Positions 37,601-50,781 of a stretch of 64,000 nucleotides of DNA are shown in pieces (the stretch's first letter is position 1; each line of letters starts with the position of its first letter). Source of the stretch: Klebsormidium nitens (Eukaryota; Plantae; Klebsormidiophyceae); assembly GCA_000708835.1 (NCBI GenBank), contig DF236989.1:1-64000 (forward strand), read 5' to 3'. Position numbers and translations under genes: made by a program. The notes beneath the pieces are model-generated. The model saw only the letters and a program-made list of their open reading frames with translations, ran no database searches and had not been told where the DNA came from.

Positions 37601-40600
37601 CGATTTGCCAATCTGGCATCATCACGCTACGCCTCGGGTGGGGACATGCCAAGAAACTCGGCGCTTCGCCTGCCATGCTCTCAGTCTGGACCCCAGGCAA
37701 CGGTAAAGCGGTGGCCAATGCATACCCTCTGATTGTTTTAATTGCTCTTAATCTTACCTTTTCTGATTGCTCTTGATTGCGGTTCGCAATGCCCAGTACG
37801 TCGTGACGACGCAATGCTCCTGCCCTTAGGGTGTGGACGGTTCCCCGATATCTTCGTAGAGAAATAGAACCAGAAAAGTGATGACATGAGAAACGCTTTA
37901 CCTGCCGCGCTCCTTGGAGCGCGTCACCTCCACCTCCATCTCGTCGCTGCGCACGGTCCGGATGAAGCCCTCGATTTTGCCGTCGTCCAACTTGATGGGC
38001 TCGCCGGGCTTGACCGCGTCAAACACCTGCAAAAAGGACCACGGTTCACCTTGGAAAAAATTGGGTTTAGGGATTACCCCAGAGGATAACCTTAGAGGAT
38101 AACCTCAGAGGTTGACCTTAATCTTAGATGCTTTCATCAGAAGCGTCTAAACCTCTTGGCAGAGCGGTGAACGTGCACCAGTACGCATACAGATTCTTGA
38201 TGCCGAGGCTTTAACTTCTTCAAAGTGGAAGACGTGGACCCCAGTTAAAAGATGCACCTGTGCGAGCATGCAGCCGATTGGTGCGGGGTGGTGAACACGG
38301 AAAAGTCTGCACCCATCAAAAACCTCGTACGAAAGGGGCTTTGCTTTATAGTATTGGAATGATCTGGACCGCGGCATCAATTACGCACTTGCGAAAGCGT
38401 CAGCCGACCCGCACGTTGTTCCTGTTTGAGAGCAGGTTAAACAGAATCTGTACAACGACGACGCTCACTCGTACGGTCTTGTTTGCTTTCCAGAAGGCAA
38501 ATGACGTAGGTAGATGCCAGCACAGGTAGGTTATGGGCTCTTTGCTCATTCCACTCTCCTTTCATGGGGGGGTAACGAGCAAAATAACCTCCGGTGGGGG
38601 ATGATAATAAAGCGGGAAAGGCGGATTCTTCTAGAGGCTGCCATTCCTCACTTTGTGGATTCTAAGCACGCACCTGCGGAAGCGTGCAGCCAATCCGCGC
38701 AGGGGACAGCACGGCGCCCGACGGGTCCCGTGCCGCGGGCACGCCTGGCGCGGGATCGCGGGACAGGATTAAGGTGTCGCCGCGAGAGAGCACGATGGGC
38801 TCCTCGCGAGCGGCCAGCCCCACGATCTTGGCAGTCGCGCGGGGGGGAGCGTCCTGTAGAAGCGGCGATGTAGTCAGCAAACTGTGTAGCAAGTTCGTGC
38901 TTTTACTACCACGTGACCGATTGGCAGATCCGGAGGTTGCAACGGTGCTTGCAATCTGCAGGTCGACCTGGAATTGAAGGCGCCTCAGAGTCAGCTCCCG
39001 CAACTAGTCGTACAAGCCATAATGGACTGCATTGGAGATTTGAGAACGGCAACGTTTCTGCGGACAAGTGTTCGTGCATCTCAGGAGGTGCGCACCCCTG
39101 ACATGAAGAACTCTCGACCAGGGCGCAAGAGTTTTGACCGTTTGACACTATGCACGCTGAGTTGGAGGGCCGGCACAACAACCAGATTAGTCTGGTTGCC
39201 TTTCTCGCGTGCTCCATTCCCTGTTGTTGCGAAGCAATCGACGGCGCGAATTTCATTGGCTAACAAAGGACAGAAAAAGAAAGCGTGGCTCCTCACCGGC
39301 AGCGCCCCCTCTTTGACATGCGCCAGCCCCGTTCCGCTTTCGACGTACGTCGTCTTCCAGCACTCCGCCACACGGCCCCCACGGTCGGTGTCGTCCCCTT
39401 CGTGCCCCCCCGGCACAATGGTCCATTCTCGAACTTTGCCACGCAGGTCCGTCAGTCGGATGCGGTCACCGGGGGATAGGTGGTGAGTCCAACCGGTCGG
39501 TTCGACGGGGAGGATCGCGGCGGGGCCGCTTCCGTGAGGCGGGGGAACGTCCGGAGGTGCCAGCCATAGCTGAGATAGGAAGGAGAGCGATGGTGAGTCG
39601 CCGATCCGAAACGAAGTTGGATTCGATATTCAGAGGCGAGAGCAACGTTGCATTTGCTTCGAGAAAGGAGAGCGACGTCATTACGCTTCGAGACACGGGA
39701 GAAACGTTGCTCCGCTTCAAAAACAAGACAACGTGAGCGACTGAACATACTGGACCTCTAAGTAACTAAGACCTTTCTCGCAACTGAAGAGAGCTACGGC
39801 CCAGATGTGCATGTGCAGAAGAAGACTACTCGGCTTTTCTCGAAAGTACCGGCGGCATTTTGAGCTTGACTAAAGAGCCGCAAAGGTTCCACCGAGAATT
39901 CAATCCAAGTGTCAAACAACATACACTCAGCCCCAATGGCCGTTTGAGGTGGTCCAAGTGGGTCCTCTGTCAACTACACCCTCCCGACCGAGCAGAAGCG
40001 CGCACTTACCAAAAACACTATGATTGGGAATCAGTCTCAGTATCCTGCGTGGTGCGAGTGCTCCTTACCTTGGCGGGCGCAACGTCTCGACCTCGCACAT
40101 CCCTCTCAGGTCCGAAGCTGGCCACGCGTGGCCCTGGCCGGAGCGCTCCGGTCCTGCAGGCGGAAAGCTGGAATCAGGACGCCTGAACATCAATCTGCGA
40201 CCTACAATCTGCGACCTCACCGGCCAACGGCCGATTTCACATCACAGAACTTTGATGACCCGAACGCAGTGTTTCAAAGCCGAGGACCCAAAGCTTGCGA
40301 ACTAACGGCTGCCTCGAAACTTCGAAAGTGCCAGTTCGCAACGTTCTTGCTAGAAGTCTCCACGAGACCAGAGAATGTCACTTGAAAGACCCGAAGCCCG
40401 AACGCACTGTTTTAACGCGGAGGACCCCAAGCCAGCATTCGGTGACGTCGGGGTAAAGAATGATGCGCTACAAGCTTTGCTGGGCCCAGCCCATTCGTGC
40501 GTATCCCTCCCGTCCACCTTGACCGAATCCACCATTCGCCTTGCCTTCATTTGGTTCGAATTGGCGAAACCCCATTCATAGACTTCAACTTGGAATATTT

Positions 40601-43091
40601 GGAGGCACTCTTCAACTTTAACTTGGACTCTTCGGAGGCAGGGAATATGGGCAAGCGTGATTGGCTTGCCTGAGCTTCGGCCCCGCTAGGTCCATGAAGA
40701 TGCGGCACTTCTTGCCCGCGTCCTCTGCGCATCGCTGCACCGTCGCAATGATGCGCGCCCACACGTCCGCGCTGTCGTGCGCCGTGTTCACGCGCGCGCA
40801 GTTCATGCCCGCGGCCAGCAGCTTCGACACCAGCTTCTCGTCGCCCGCAGCCTGCGGAAAGAGATTGGGAAACGAATCTGATTCTGGTCTCGGTTTTGAA
40901 CTGTATGAACTGAGCGATTCCTCTACATGCGATGTGGATAAGCAGAATACTAAAACCACTTCTGAACGAAGTGGTTCAACTGTTCGTGCATCCACGAAGC
41001 AATAAAAAGATGGGGGAAGGGCCGCGTTCCTCTGAGGGCCCAAGCCTGACCACTTGTCATGAAACGATAGTCGCTGCCTACATGACGACAAACAGGAATT
41101 GCAGAAGACCTTACTTCGAGGTGATATCCGTAGGAACAAGACAAACAATAATGCAGACGCAACCGCACTCGGTGCTCACCTCCGCCGGCATGGTCACCAT
41201 GATGCGCGCGTTCCGGCTCCGCGGCTTGCGCCCCAGCAGCGCCTCCGTGTTGCTCTGTAGCTGCTGCGTGCCCTCCCGGAAATCGTACGCGCGCGTGTCG
41301 GCCCCCCCCTTCTGGTTCAGCGCGGGCGACTCGCCTTTTGCCATCCCCCGCAAAACGCGTAGCACGGCGCAGATGCTAGCCATCGTGTGTGCTTCCGTTC
41401 GGCCGAGGCTCGAGAGGCCGAGGCTGGCGAGGCCGCCTTGGATCTCGCGCAGGTCGCTGTTGCGCAGGGCCATGTAGTGAACCAGGTTGGCCGCGCTCTG
41501 CTGGTAGCGGCTGGCAAGAGGGAAGGGGGCTTATCCGTGAGATTGCGGGAGGTACTTAGATTGGAGACTAGACTTTGTAACCGGAGGCACCCACAAGGAA
41601 GCGAGTGACGAGCGCTATGTAGTGCACCAGGTTTGCGGTACTCCTTGTAGCGTACAGGAAAAGCGAAAGTTTTGAGCGGGGGGAAGATAGCGTCAGGAGC
41701 ACTCTGGCACAGCAGAGTTTCTGGAGCGCGCCATGGTGAATGCAAGCAGGGAACCCGTTTTGAAGTCCGCACCTGTCTGCGTTGCGCAGGAAGTGCTGGT
41801 TGTTGGCCTCCAGCTCGAGCGCGTGCAGGCGGATCATCTCGAGCTGCCGGATGAGCTCCACCACCAGGCGGCTCTCGCTCTCCTCCAGCACTGCCTCCTG
41901 CGCATCGCACTCGCCGTCGATGCCGCCCCGGCACGCCCTTAAGTCCTCAAGGGCTTCCTCCGCAGCCTGGGGGTTGGAACAGTGACACTCGAACACTGGT
42001 CAGGATACTGAACACTGATCAGAATACTCGACACTGATCAGAATACTCGACACTGGTCAGAACACTCGGCACTCAACAGAATACTCAAACACTGGTCAAA
42101 ATACTTAGACTGGTCTGAACACTCACCTCTGTTCAGAATACTCAACACTGATCAGAGTACTCGACTCTGATCAGAGTGTCCACACTGGTCCAAACTTTTG
42201 TTGTTTGATTGACACAAATAAGCGGTACAAAGGAGGTGATTGCGGTTCTGAGTCCTTGGACTTTTCAGCTTTATGGGCTTTGGAAAGTGGGTTTAGGACT
42301 GAAAGTACGCCGTTGAGCACAATGAAGGAGAAACATTGGCGCTCCAGCTCAATCAGAGAAGCAGAAGGCAAGAGACGTCCAACAGCTCGCTAAAACTAGG
42401 CTCGTGACATCATGGACTAATCCAGGCAACAAGAGGGAACTGCAAGGGGGCCACGACGCCCGCAAGCTGTAAAGTACTACTTTTGGGGGATGCCGAACAG
42501 AGGGTCCGTGTCCAAGGGTCAAATGTAATGCCATGGGAGCACAGGTGGGGGGAAATGCTGTATGTGACATGTAGCCCTCAAGTAGAGTGTTGGTTGGATT
42601 GCAAGGGCCTGCTAGTTCTTGACTACACTGGCGAGAAGCCCAACTCTCGAATCTGGTTTCTCTCACCAAATGAACCACTACAGACTAAGAGGCTGAATAG
42701 AGTCAGAGAAACCCCAAGAAAGCAATAGTCTTGTGGACTCCACCTTTGCGGCTGCAGCAACAATCTCTGGGGATGGCCGTGCGAGCGGCTGCAGCTGGGG
42801 GGCCTTCTCAGGTGACACCGGCCACGGCATTGGCACGGCCACCTCCTCCCCCTCTGAATCTGATGCAGGGCCGCCGTCTTCTTTTGTGTTTTGTGCCCCA
42901 TTCTCAATCACTGCTGTACTGTCTTCCACGGGCGCCAATGCTTGGCCATTGTCTGGGCTTGAAATCACAGCACGCTCCTGTGTAGGTGCAGAGCGGCACC
43001 GGACCCGGAGGCGAGCGATATGTGCTGGGGGTAAGTGAATTGAGGGGCGCTTGTCAAGCAGGCGCTTTGCAAGGCGAGCTGGGGGACACAT
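34687..43091 (-). CDS. PKP4: Atypical (bacterial-type) plastidial pyruvate kinase, PKP4-like; 13 exons
   Basis: Spliced motifs: [129 protein letters not shown]. Ends [12 protein letters not shown]...* with no C-terminal regulatory domain. Start GCCGCCATG at 43091 followed by a transit-peptide-like sequence. Confidence 0.9.
38081..38120. repeat. 12-bp tandem repeat (x3) in a pyruvate kinase intron
   Basis: AGAGGATAACCTT AGAGGATAACCTC AGAGGTTGACCTT. Confidence 0.7.
41985..42190. repeat. ~20-bp minisatellite (~10 copies) in pyruvate kinase intron 1
   Basis: Repeated ACACTG(A/G)TCAGAATACTCG units. Confidence 0.9.
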
Positions 43092-43404
43092 GGCGGCAGC
43101 TGACTGGCGGAGGGGGGTAGAGTGGATGCCAAGGTGAGGGAAGGACGCCCGTGGTGTCAGCTGATAGACTTCAGAGATGGTGGAACAGAGGCGAGGCTGC
43201 AGAACACAAGGCAGAGTGAGAAAATTGTGAAAGCTACTGACTAAGAAAGCAGGCACAGCTGACTATTGGCACTCTGAGAGTAGTGGACTTTTAGATTCTT
43301 CTTCGGGGCCCCTCTGGCACTGAATGTGCTCCTATGCTGGCCAGATGGTGCCAACTGTGGATGCTCTACACCAAGCTCTAAAGATTGTCAAAAAGCGGTC
43401 CCTG

Positions 43405-43450
43405 AGAGCATGTCTAGAGCATGTCTAGAGCATGTCAAGAGCATGTCTAC
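43405..43450. repeat. 11-bp tandem repeat (x4)
   Basis: AGAGCATGTCT repeated four times with one substitution. Confidence 0.85.
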
Positions 43451-43954
43451 TTCAGAATATAATCCCTGGTCAAACAGACCATCAATTCAGCTTATTATTA
43501 AGATTCAGCTTCACTTGGTGACAGCAACCTGAATACATGCAGCTGCATTGAACATGCAAGCACCAAGAGGACAACTTTCAAGAATGCAGGAAATGCCACA
43601 TTTGTATCCGAGTAGAAGCTTGAGGAGAATACAAATTTTCCCATACCTGTTCAAAACCCTGTGCAACTCCGCTAGATTGCACAGCCACCGGAGGGCCAAA
43701 GGCAGCGGTCACCATGGCCGCTGGCCCTTTACAACCTGTGCCAGGGGCTTCACAAAACTTCTAGGTCGTAAAACAAACTGACACCGCAGACTTTGAGCTC
43801 CAGCTCAGCAACGCTCAATTGGTTTGCTTAGCTCATCTCTGCGTTCTATATATAAGAAGATGAGGGACATTTGAGCAACATTTCTTCAAGCAATTGCCAA
43901 GCTGGAGGGCAAAATGAGAGAATCACTTTCCTGGTCAAAAACAGAGCTCTGGAG

Positions 43955-44672
43955 GCAACCCAGACTCACGGTCCGTATCGAGAAAACCCCTCGTAAAGCC
44001 ATTTTGGTTTTACGAGCAAATCGTTCGATGTCCGTAGATCCGAATTGGACAAATTCATCGTATTCGCTGGGGCCGTATTGGAGGATTTGCTCGATACGGA
44101 GAATGCCCTATCGAGCAAATTGCTCGATTTTTGGACCCCGGTGGTTAGATCTCCGGTAGTTTCAGGGGTCGGTCCGGACGATCTCCGCCGTCGATCCAGC
44201 GTGACCGCCGCGACCCACAACATCGGTCCACACGACCGCCAGGATCGCGGTACATAAAGGACGGTACCCCTATGGGTGGATGGTCGGGGCGGCAGGTGGC
44301 TGCATCTCCCCGGGGACACCGGAAACTTCCCCTCTAGACTAGTAGTTTAGGGACCGTGGCACCCGAGAAGCAACCGGGCCCTCCCTGTGACATTAGGGTC
44401 TCGCGGGCAACCGGCGAACAACCGGGCAACTCCCTGGGACAACCGGGCCTTCCCGCCTTAGGGTTACACTACTGCGAGTGACAACCGGGCAAGTACTTTT
44501 AGTTTTAGTGTGTGCCCGGGGCCTTCCAAAAATCGAACCTTTTCCCCAATAGGTGCTACCAGAAAACGAGCGATTTGATCGATACTCGGCCGGCCCTATC
44601 GAGCAATTTGTTCAATATGCTTCCGATGGCTTTACGAGAGGTTTTCTCGATACGGCCGTGAGTCTGGGTTGC
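43955..44672. mobile_element. Non-autonomous DNA transposon (718 bp) of unclear superfamily
   Basis: ~48-bp near-perfect TIR GCAACCCAGACTCACGG(T)CCGTATCGAGAAAACC(C/T)CTCGTAAAGCCAT. 5-bp TSD TGGAG at 43950-43954 and 44673-44677. Subterminal TATCGAGCAA(A/T)TTG repeats and central CAACCGGGC repeats. Confidence 0.9.
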
Positions 44673-45102
44673 TGGAGGCTACTAGGTAGTACTGCTGGAG
44701 CCCTGCAGTATTCACATGTCTGCATTGCACCCGGGGGGTGGTCAAGTCGTGGTTGGTTCAGGTTGGTCGTGATCAAGTGCGTCAGACTGTATGACGGGAG
44801 CCGCAACGCATTGGACGGTCAACAGTTTAGGCAATCCAAAATGGACGGTCGATGGTGCTGGTTGAAGCAGCAAGCAGAACCGGTTTATTAGATAACCTCC
44901 AGGTTAGGCGAATATCTCCTGCCACGTAGGACTGTGGTCAGTCTCCAATGATGTTCCCAAAACAAAAGTGCTCCGCTGGAATTTGCCAATTGCTTTATTC
45001 AGAATCCAGATTACCTAGCAGAAAGCTGAAGCCGGCGCCCCTTGCTATTCTCCATCTGCAATTCGTCTTTCTTTGTCTTTGCTGCCACTATCTACAATCA
45101 GA

Positions 45103-48100
45103 ATGACGCAAAGCAATCCGAGGGAGGAGGCGCTGCGCCTGATGGACAAGCGGAAGCTCGTTGAGGCCGAAATGGACGCTCTGATGGGGCGCCTTACTGC
45201 TCCTGGAATGCCCGGCCCGGCTGGCAGTCTACTGGACAAGGAGGTGTGTGTATACAAGTTTTTGCGGTGGCGGTGTGCTTTGTGTCTTTCCTTGGAAGAT
45301 CTTGATTGCAGATATGTGTACCTGAGACTCCACTGTTCTAGAATAGACTCCATAGCCGTCTGGGCCAGCTAGCACGTTGTTGAAGCGCTGATATGCTTGT
45401 AAGGTGCAAGAGATTTCTTTCGGCGATCGTAGATTGTGGTTGACTTTTCACAATTGGAGCTAGAATGCCATCGCTTTTCTGATCGCATGTCCAATGATGA
45501 CGTTTTGAATTTTCTGCAACAACAACAAGATTCACGCGTGCGAAGTTTTGGCGTCAGATGGTTCTGCTCATATATTTCATGTATCTCTCACATGTTCCGA
45601 AACTAATGCGTTCAACCGGTGTTCTTTAGGGCTTCCCACGCGCCGACCTCGACATCCCAAAGATCAGGGCCGATCGACATCGACTCGCAGGTTGGTGCCA
45701 CAGAATAAGAAGTGTTTTTCCCAACGACCTAGCGATTTGGTAAACCAGGTGTTCGTATTTGGCGTCTTCAGTTTGTGATTGAGTTCCCACTCTGTAATCA
45801 CTTCACTTTGAGTGTTTTGTGCTTCTTAGAGAGCAGCTCCGAAGGTTGATATTTGGAGCTGTATGGTTTATACGCACAGAAAGGAAAGGGATAGTTGCTC
45901 ATTGAACTGCAGTCATTGACTTGGTTCTGAAGTGGGCATCGTTAAGGGGCCTTAGTCATGCGTATTGTGGCGTCAATCAAACCTGCCTGCAGTGGTTCCC
46001 TGGTTGCTTCACACCGAGCATCTGGCAAGAAAAACTGGAAGGATGCGCTGTGCTGCTATTAGACATGGTGGTGAAATTGGACTCTTCAACGTTTGATCAT
46101 GAGAAGTTCTCAGTTTGGGGGATCTGCTCGCAGCTTTCGGAGATCTGCTAGGTTTAAGCATCTTCTTGTTGCCGTGATATATGTCTACTCCCACAATTGC
46201 ACTGCCTGCGCAGTGAGTTGCTCAGACTGTTCAGCAACTCAATTCGTTATATCGTTGGCACAGCCTATTCGACTGCAATCCCGATCGATTCATTCGAAGA
46301 ATGTCCAAAAGTTCGGGGTTTCCATTTTGAATGGAGGTTGTTGGGTGCAGTCCTGAAGTATGACCATACTAGCCTGACAAAGCAAGTCGAAGAAAAGATG
46401 TACGCTGCGTTTGCAATCGGGGCGAGGGCCGAGAGCAGAACGCTCCCACAGAAGCGCCCCGGTGAGCCTGCTTTGCATTTAAATGAAGTCTTGTTGCCTT
46501 TGGACAAGGCTAGGTTGAGAAAGTGACCATGACTTGAATCGCTCGGAAACTGTTGATTGCAAGCTTCGATGAACAAGTTTTGCGTTCAATCATGGAGCCA
46601 TAGAGGTTTGGAAACCTGCTTCATCTTTGTTGGATGAATAAAATTCAAAGTGGTTTCATTGGGTAGACTATATGCCTGTGAGTTCAACCCGAGTCTCGAT
46701 GTCAAGGGTCAAGATCGCACCGAACTGCTGGCAAAACTATTGGACGGCAGGGATTCACCAATCGAATGCGTTGCATAGTTCTGCTGTACATTCGCAACCT
46801 TACTCCTGAACCCTCTGTTGCTTTTTTCCGTCCCCATTCTGTTTCAGCTGAAGGCGCCGAAGACCGCCAAGCACGAACCAGCACTCCTTCCGCATCTCCG
46901 GCCTCTGAGTCCCCTTCCATTCCGGTGCAATCAAGCACCGACACGCCAATGACCGACGCAAACCCTTCCGCAAACCCGCCCGTAAACCCTCCGGCAAGCT
47001 CCCCCCCTCTCCGTCCGTTCGCTATAGTGGATGAGGTTACTCCGGGTTCCCCGGGAGATGTGGATGGTTTAAAACTTGGAGACCAGCTGCTTCGTTTCGG
47101 GGGGGTCCAAGCAGAGACGCCGAACGTTCTTCAGGGGGTCGCGGCCGCACTGCAGGGGGGGGCGGGGCAAGCGATCCCGGTGGAGGTGCTCAGAAGGGGG
47201 GAGAAAGTGGCGCTGGCAGTGACCCCCCGGAGTTGGAGCGGACGGGGGCTGCTGGGGTGAGTGGCCGGAAGCAGAGTGGTGATGCAAGCGGTGTTTTCGA
47301 GTCGTATGGTTGTGCGCTGCCGAATTCTGGTCGACTGGGTGGGAAGCTTTATTGGTCCGGAATCATCATGCCGTCAACATCCTTATTTGGACTTGGTCAC
47401 GGCCTTTGCCTTTTTTTATCGGCGCATTTTGTTGACGTGGCCAAAAAGCCTGCCAGAAAATGGGGTAACGCAAGTGTGGCAGCCCCGCTGGAAATTTCCG
47501 CACTTTCCAAACCGCTGATCAAGCCCACCCATAAAGTCTGCCTTGCGCTTCCACTGAAGATCTCAGCCCGGGCTATTTCGGCATACAAGGACACAGATCG
47601 GTGACGACTTTCTTCCCGAATGGACGTTTCGAGCGTCTGGCCAAATGTACATAGACGTTTGGCCGTTGTCCGTTTGCTTCGTCCTTGATCGGGCAGCCTG
47701 TTGTCACGACCTGGACACTGCGTCCTAAGCATTTTGTCACGGAAGGAGGAAGTTGCTCGGATGTTTTCAAGTACCGGTGTACGAAGAACATGGAGTTCGG
47801 CCAATCGACGGTCTCCTTCGGTCTTCATGTTTCACTCTTGACGTTTGAGGTTGCTTCTGATCGAATGGATCTGGAGCAGCATTTGGCGAAGCCGTAGAGT
47901 CAAGGGGTTTCCTTGCAACTCCCCAAGCGGCGGACTTCCGTGCTCTCCATCTGCCCCTTCTGTCAGGCTTGTTTCGCCATGTGAGATTGAAAGTGAAACG
48001 GTGCGCGGTGACTGTCGTCCCCTGTTTGCAAATCGGCTGTAACGCCATGTTTCTCTTCTCCTTTGCTTTGCTGTTCCGACGTATCTACTTCAGGCTGGGC

Positions 48101-48284
48101 CACTTACGTAGGAATATTTTGGTTGGAAGTCTTCTATCTGTTCGTCAATCTGCTTCTTTGACCAAGCGTTGGCCATTGTTTGGCACCAGGTAGTCAGTCG
48201 TTCGTTTCCATTCAGACTTCAGCTATGGAGAGCTGTAATTCCGAACAAGTTGTGCTCTGCAGGTGCCATATTCGGCCACTGTGA
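45103..48284 (+). CDS. PSMD9: 26S proteasome assembly chaperone PSMD9/Nas2/p27 (N-terminal coiled coil + PDZ); 5 exons
   Basis: Exons ~45103-45243, 45630-45690, 46351-46461, 46848-47256, 48263-48284. Motifs LMDKRKLVEAEM, LLDKEGFPRADLDIPKIRADRHRL, PFAIVDEVTPGSPGDVDGLKLGDQLLRFG, VTPRSWSGRGLLGCHIRPL*. Confidence 0.94.
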
Positions 48285-50781
48285 CCAGTGGACTCACTCC
48301 CAAGAGAACCAATATTCTGGGACTATGAGTGATCTTGGCTAATTGAGCAATATTGTCGACAAGGATAAGCATACCTGATAGGATGAAGTTGTCTGCGAGT
48401 AACATTGATCCCATAGGTACGCTTTTGTGGTACTCAAATGAAGTCGACTGCCAGTGTCTTGCCGGGGCAATAAAGAATGTGATTGCATGGTGCTTAAGTG
48501 TAATAACGGGCTCCGTGTGAAACATTTTAGCTTGTACCAAGTCGGCGTTTAGATGTGACCACTAGCAACTGAGCTCAGGACCGCTGAGAAAGTCAATGAA
48601 TGTGCAGGGCCTTACGAGTCTGGTTTGTCCAATTTAAATGTACATGCCATATATATTAGGGTCATGGTAGCTTGTATCAACTCAAGCACAGAGGTACGCG
48701 TGACCGCCGCCCATGCAATGAGATTTCATGCAATGTAGTGCACTAGCTTGCACTTAGGCGGGGCATGCCAGTTGAGGTGAATCTTGCGCCATTGATTCAA
48801 TTATACCGGCGCATGAGGCATAGGGATCCCGCTTAATTCATTGGGTGATGATATTATGACGTTGCATGCCGGCGAGGGTCACTGAACCTTTAGGTTCACT
48901 CTCTTGCAAACTCACTATATATACATAATAAGTTATGTAATTCTTTTGTGCATGGTCATGCATGGCATGCACGGGGTTGAAAGGCTACGCGTGATAATTC
49001 CTCGTATACTAAAGAGCTAGCTGCAACTGGTTTAATGCCGCACGTACATTTCTATAAACCCCCGCGGGCCACGTGCGCGGGCGCCGCCGTGCGGTGCAGC
49101 AACATGCACTCCGACCCAATAACTTTGTAGCAACTCGCCTCTGAACCGCGTATAGCGGCAATATATGCAAGGCCCCTAGGGCCATCATCTAGCTTCCTCA
49201 CGGGCCTGCGGCCCCTACTCTCATCCTCCGCTTAGGTCACCGTGACGTACTGGCTGGTCGGGCGCTGCGCGGTCAGATCGATCGAGAATTGGATGAGCGC
49301 CATGTTAGGAGTCCCGTGCGCGGCACGTCTTCGGCTGCAATGAGCGTCATAGCGTTGTACTAAGGCCTTGCGAACCCTATGTCTTTTTGCTCCCCAATGT
49401 CTTTGTTGCAAATTAAGATCGAGTTAGCTGATGAGAGTCGGCGGCCAAATCCTTCGAAGGGCCAATTGACCAACATTGTCGGCCGGTCGATTGCACCGCA
49501 GTGCTCTTTGAAAGCATAAGCGGTGGCGCTAGAGAATGTCGCGCTAGAGCATACTGAACCCGCATGGTAAAAACGACGAGAGACGCGAGGAAGCCGCGCA
49601 AAAATGAGCCAATCAATGAAGTAAGGAACTAAAAGGTATGCACTGGGACTCTTACGGCCGTTGACTGAGAAGCTCTACTGCGATTGTAAGCCTGTCTCAC
49701 ATGTTATAGTATAATTGATTTTGAACAGACCAACTCACATCAATCGTGCATGGCCTGCAAATTACTCCTGGCAAGGGTTCAATCAGGATCGACGTACGCG
49801 CTACGTAGCTGGCATGGTAGTACCTAATCAACAATCTCCCACAGCTCCTCAGTCATGAATGCTTAAGCAGTTGATTAGTATGTCAGCTTGACAGTAGAAT
49901 CTAGCGCCCTCTCACGATCGTTCAGCTAGCTTGCCAACGTTTGCAGGCTCCTGATGGAGGTTACTCGTTACCTTCTAGTGGCCCTTGCACTCAAGCCGGT
50001 GTCGGCAAGGAGTGACATCTTATACTGCTCGACGTTTGCAATCGGAGCACTGGGCCGAGGCTCAGGTAAAGCACGGCCACACAATGACCTGAAAATCGTG
50101 CAATCTCACTCTCGTATACATCATTGCGTTATGTCCAACACGTAGCTAGAACTACCTGACTGTAACCTCTTTACTTTGGATCCCATATACGACCCCTGCA
50201 TCTAACTATGAACTGACCCACGATAGATACTTCACAAGATTTCCCACCGTAACGAATCTGAGAGTAAATGTTACTCCCAAGCTATGCTCAATTGCATCGG
50301 CGCGAGCTATTTGCGGCCCAGGTCGGGGCCGGGCCCCTTCGGCGCACTCCCAACTTTTCATCCCTTCTAGTTTTTTCTCTACAAGAACTACGGCGAGACT
50401 GTGAGCCTCGTAATCCTGCACTCCTCACGTCTCTGCCTCTCCCAAATACTACTGATCCCGGGTGCCCGCTGATTTTGCGACCTTCTCGGTACCCGCTGCG
50501 CGTATGACTGTCTACGAAGAATGGTTAAGGATCTTAAGAGGCTGGGTTAGGAACTCTTGAAGGCCGCTGATCAGGAACCCCTTGAAGGACGGTTAGGAGA
50601 CCTTCGAAGGCCGGGTTAGGCTTTTGAAGTCCAAGCTTTGCAGTGGCGGAAGGATCTTTGTACGCACTGAAGGTTCTCAGTCGCAAACACAGAAGGCGTC
50701 GTCCTTCGTTGCGAACCCCAGAGCTTCCGACTCAATTTGAATCAGTCCCTCTTCCAAGTCAATTCTGAGGCCACTCCCGCT

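Noticed and set aside
41985-42190. Regularly spaced ~20-bp repeats considered as a CRISPR-like array
   Set aside because: The units are head-to-tail with no unique spacers, they sit in a eukaryotic intron, and there are no cas genes. It is an ordinary minisatellite.
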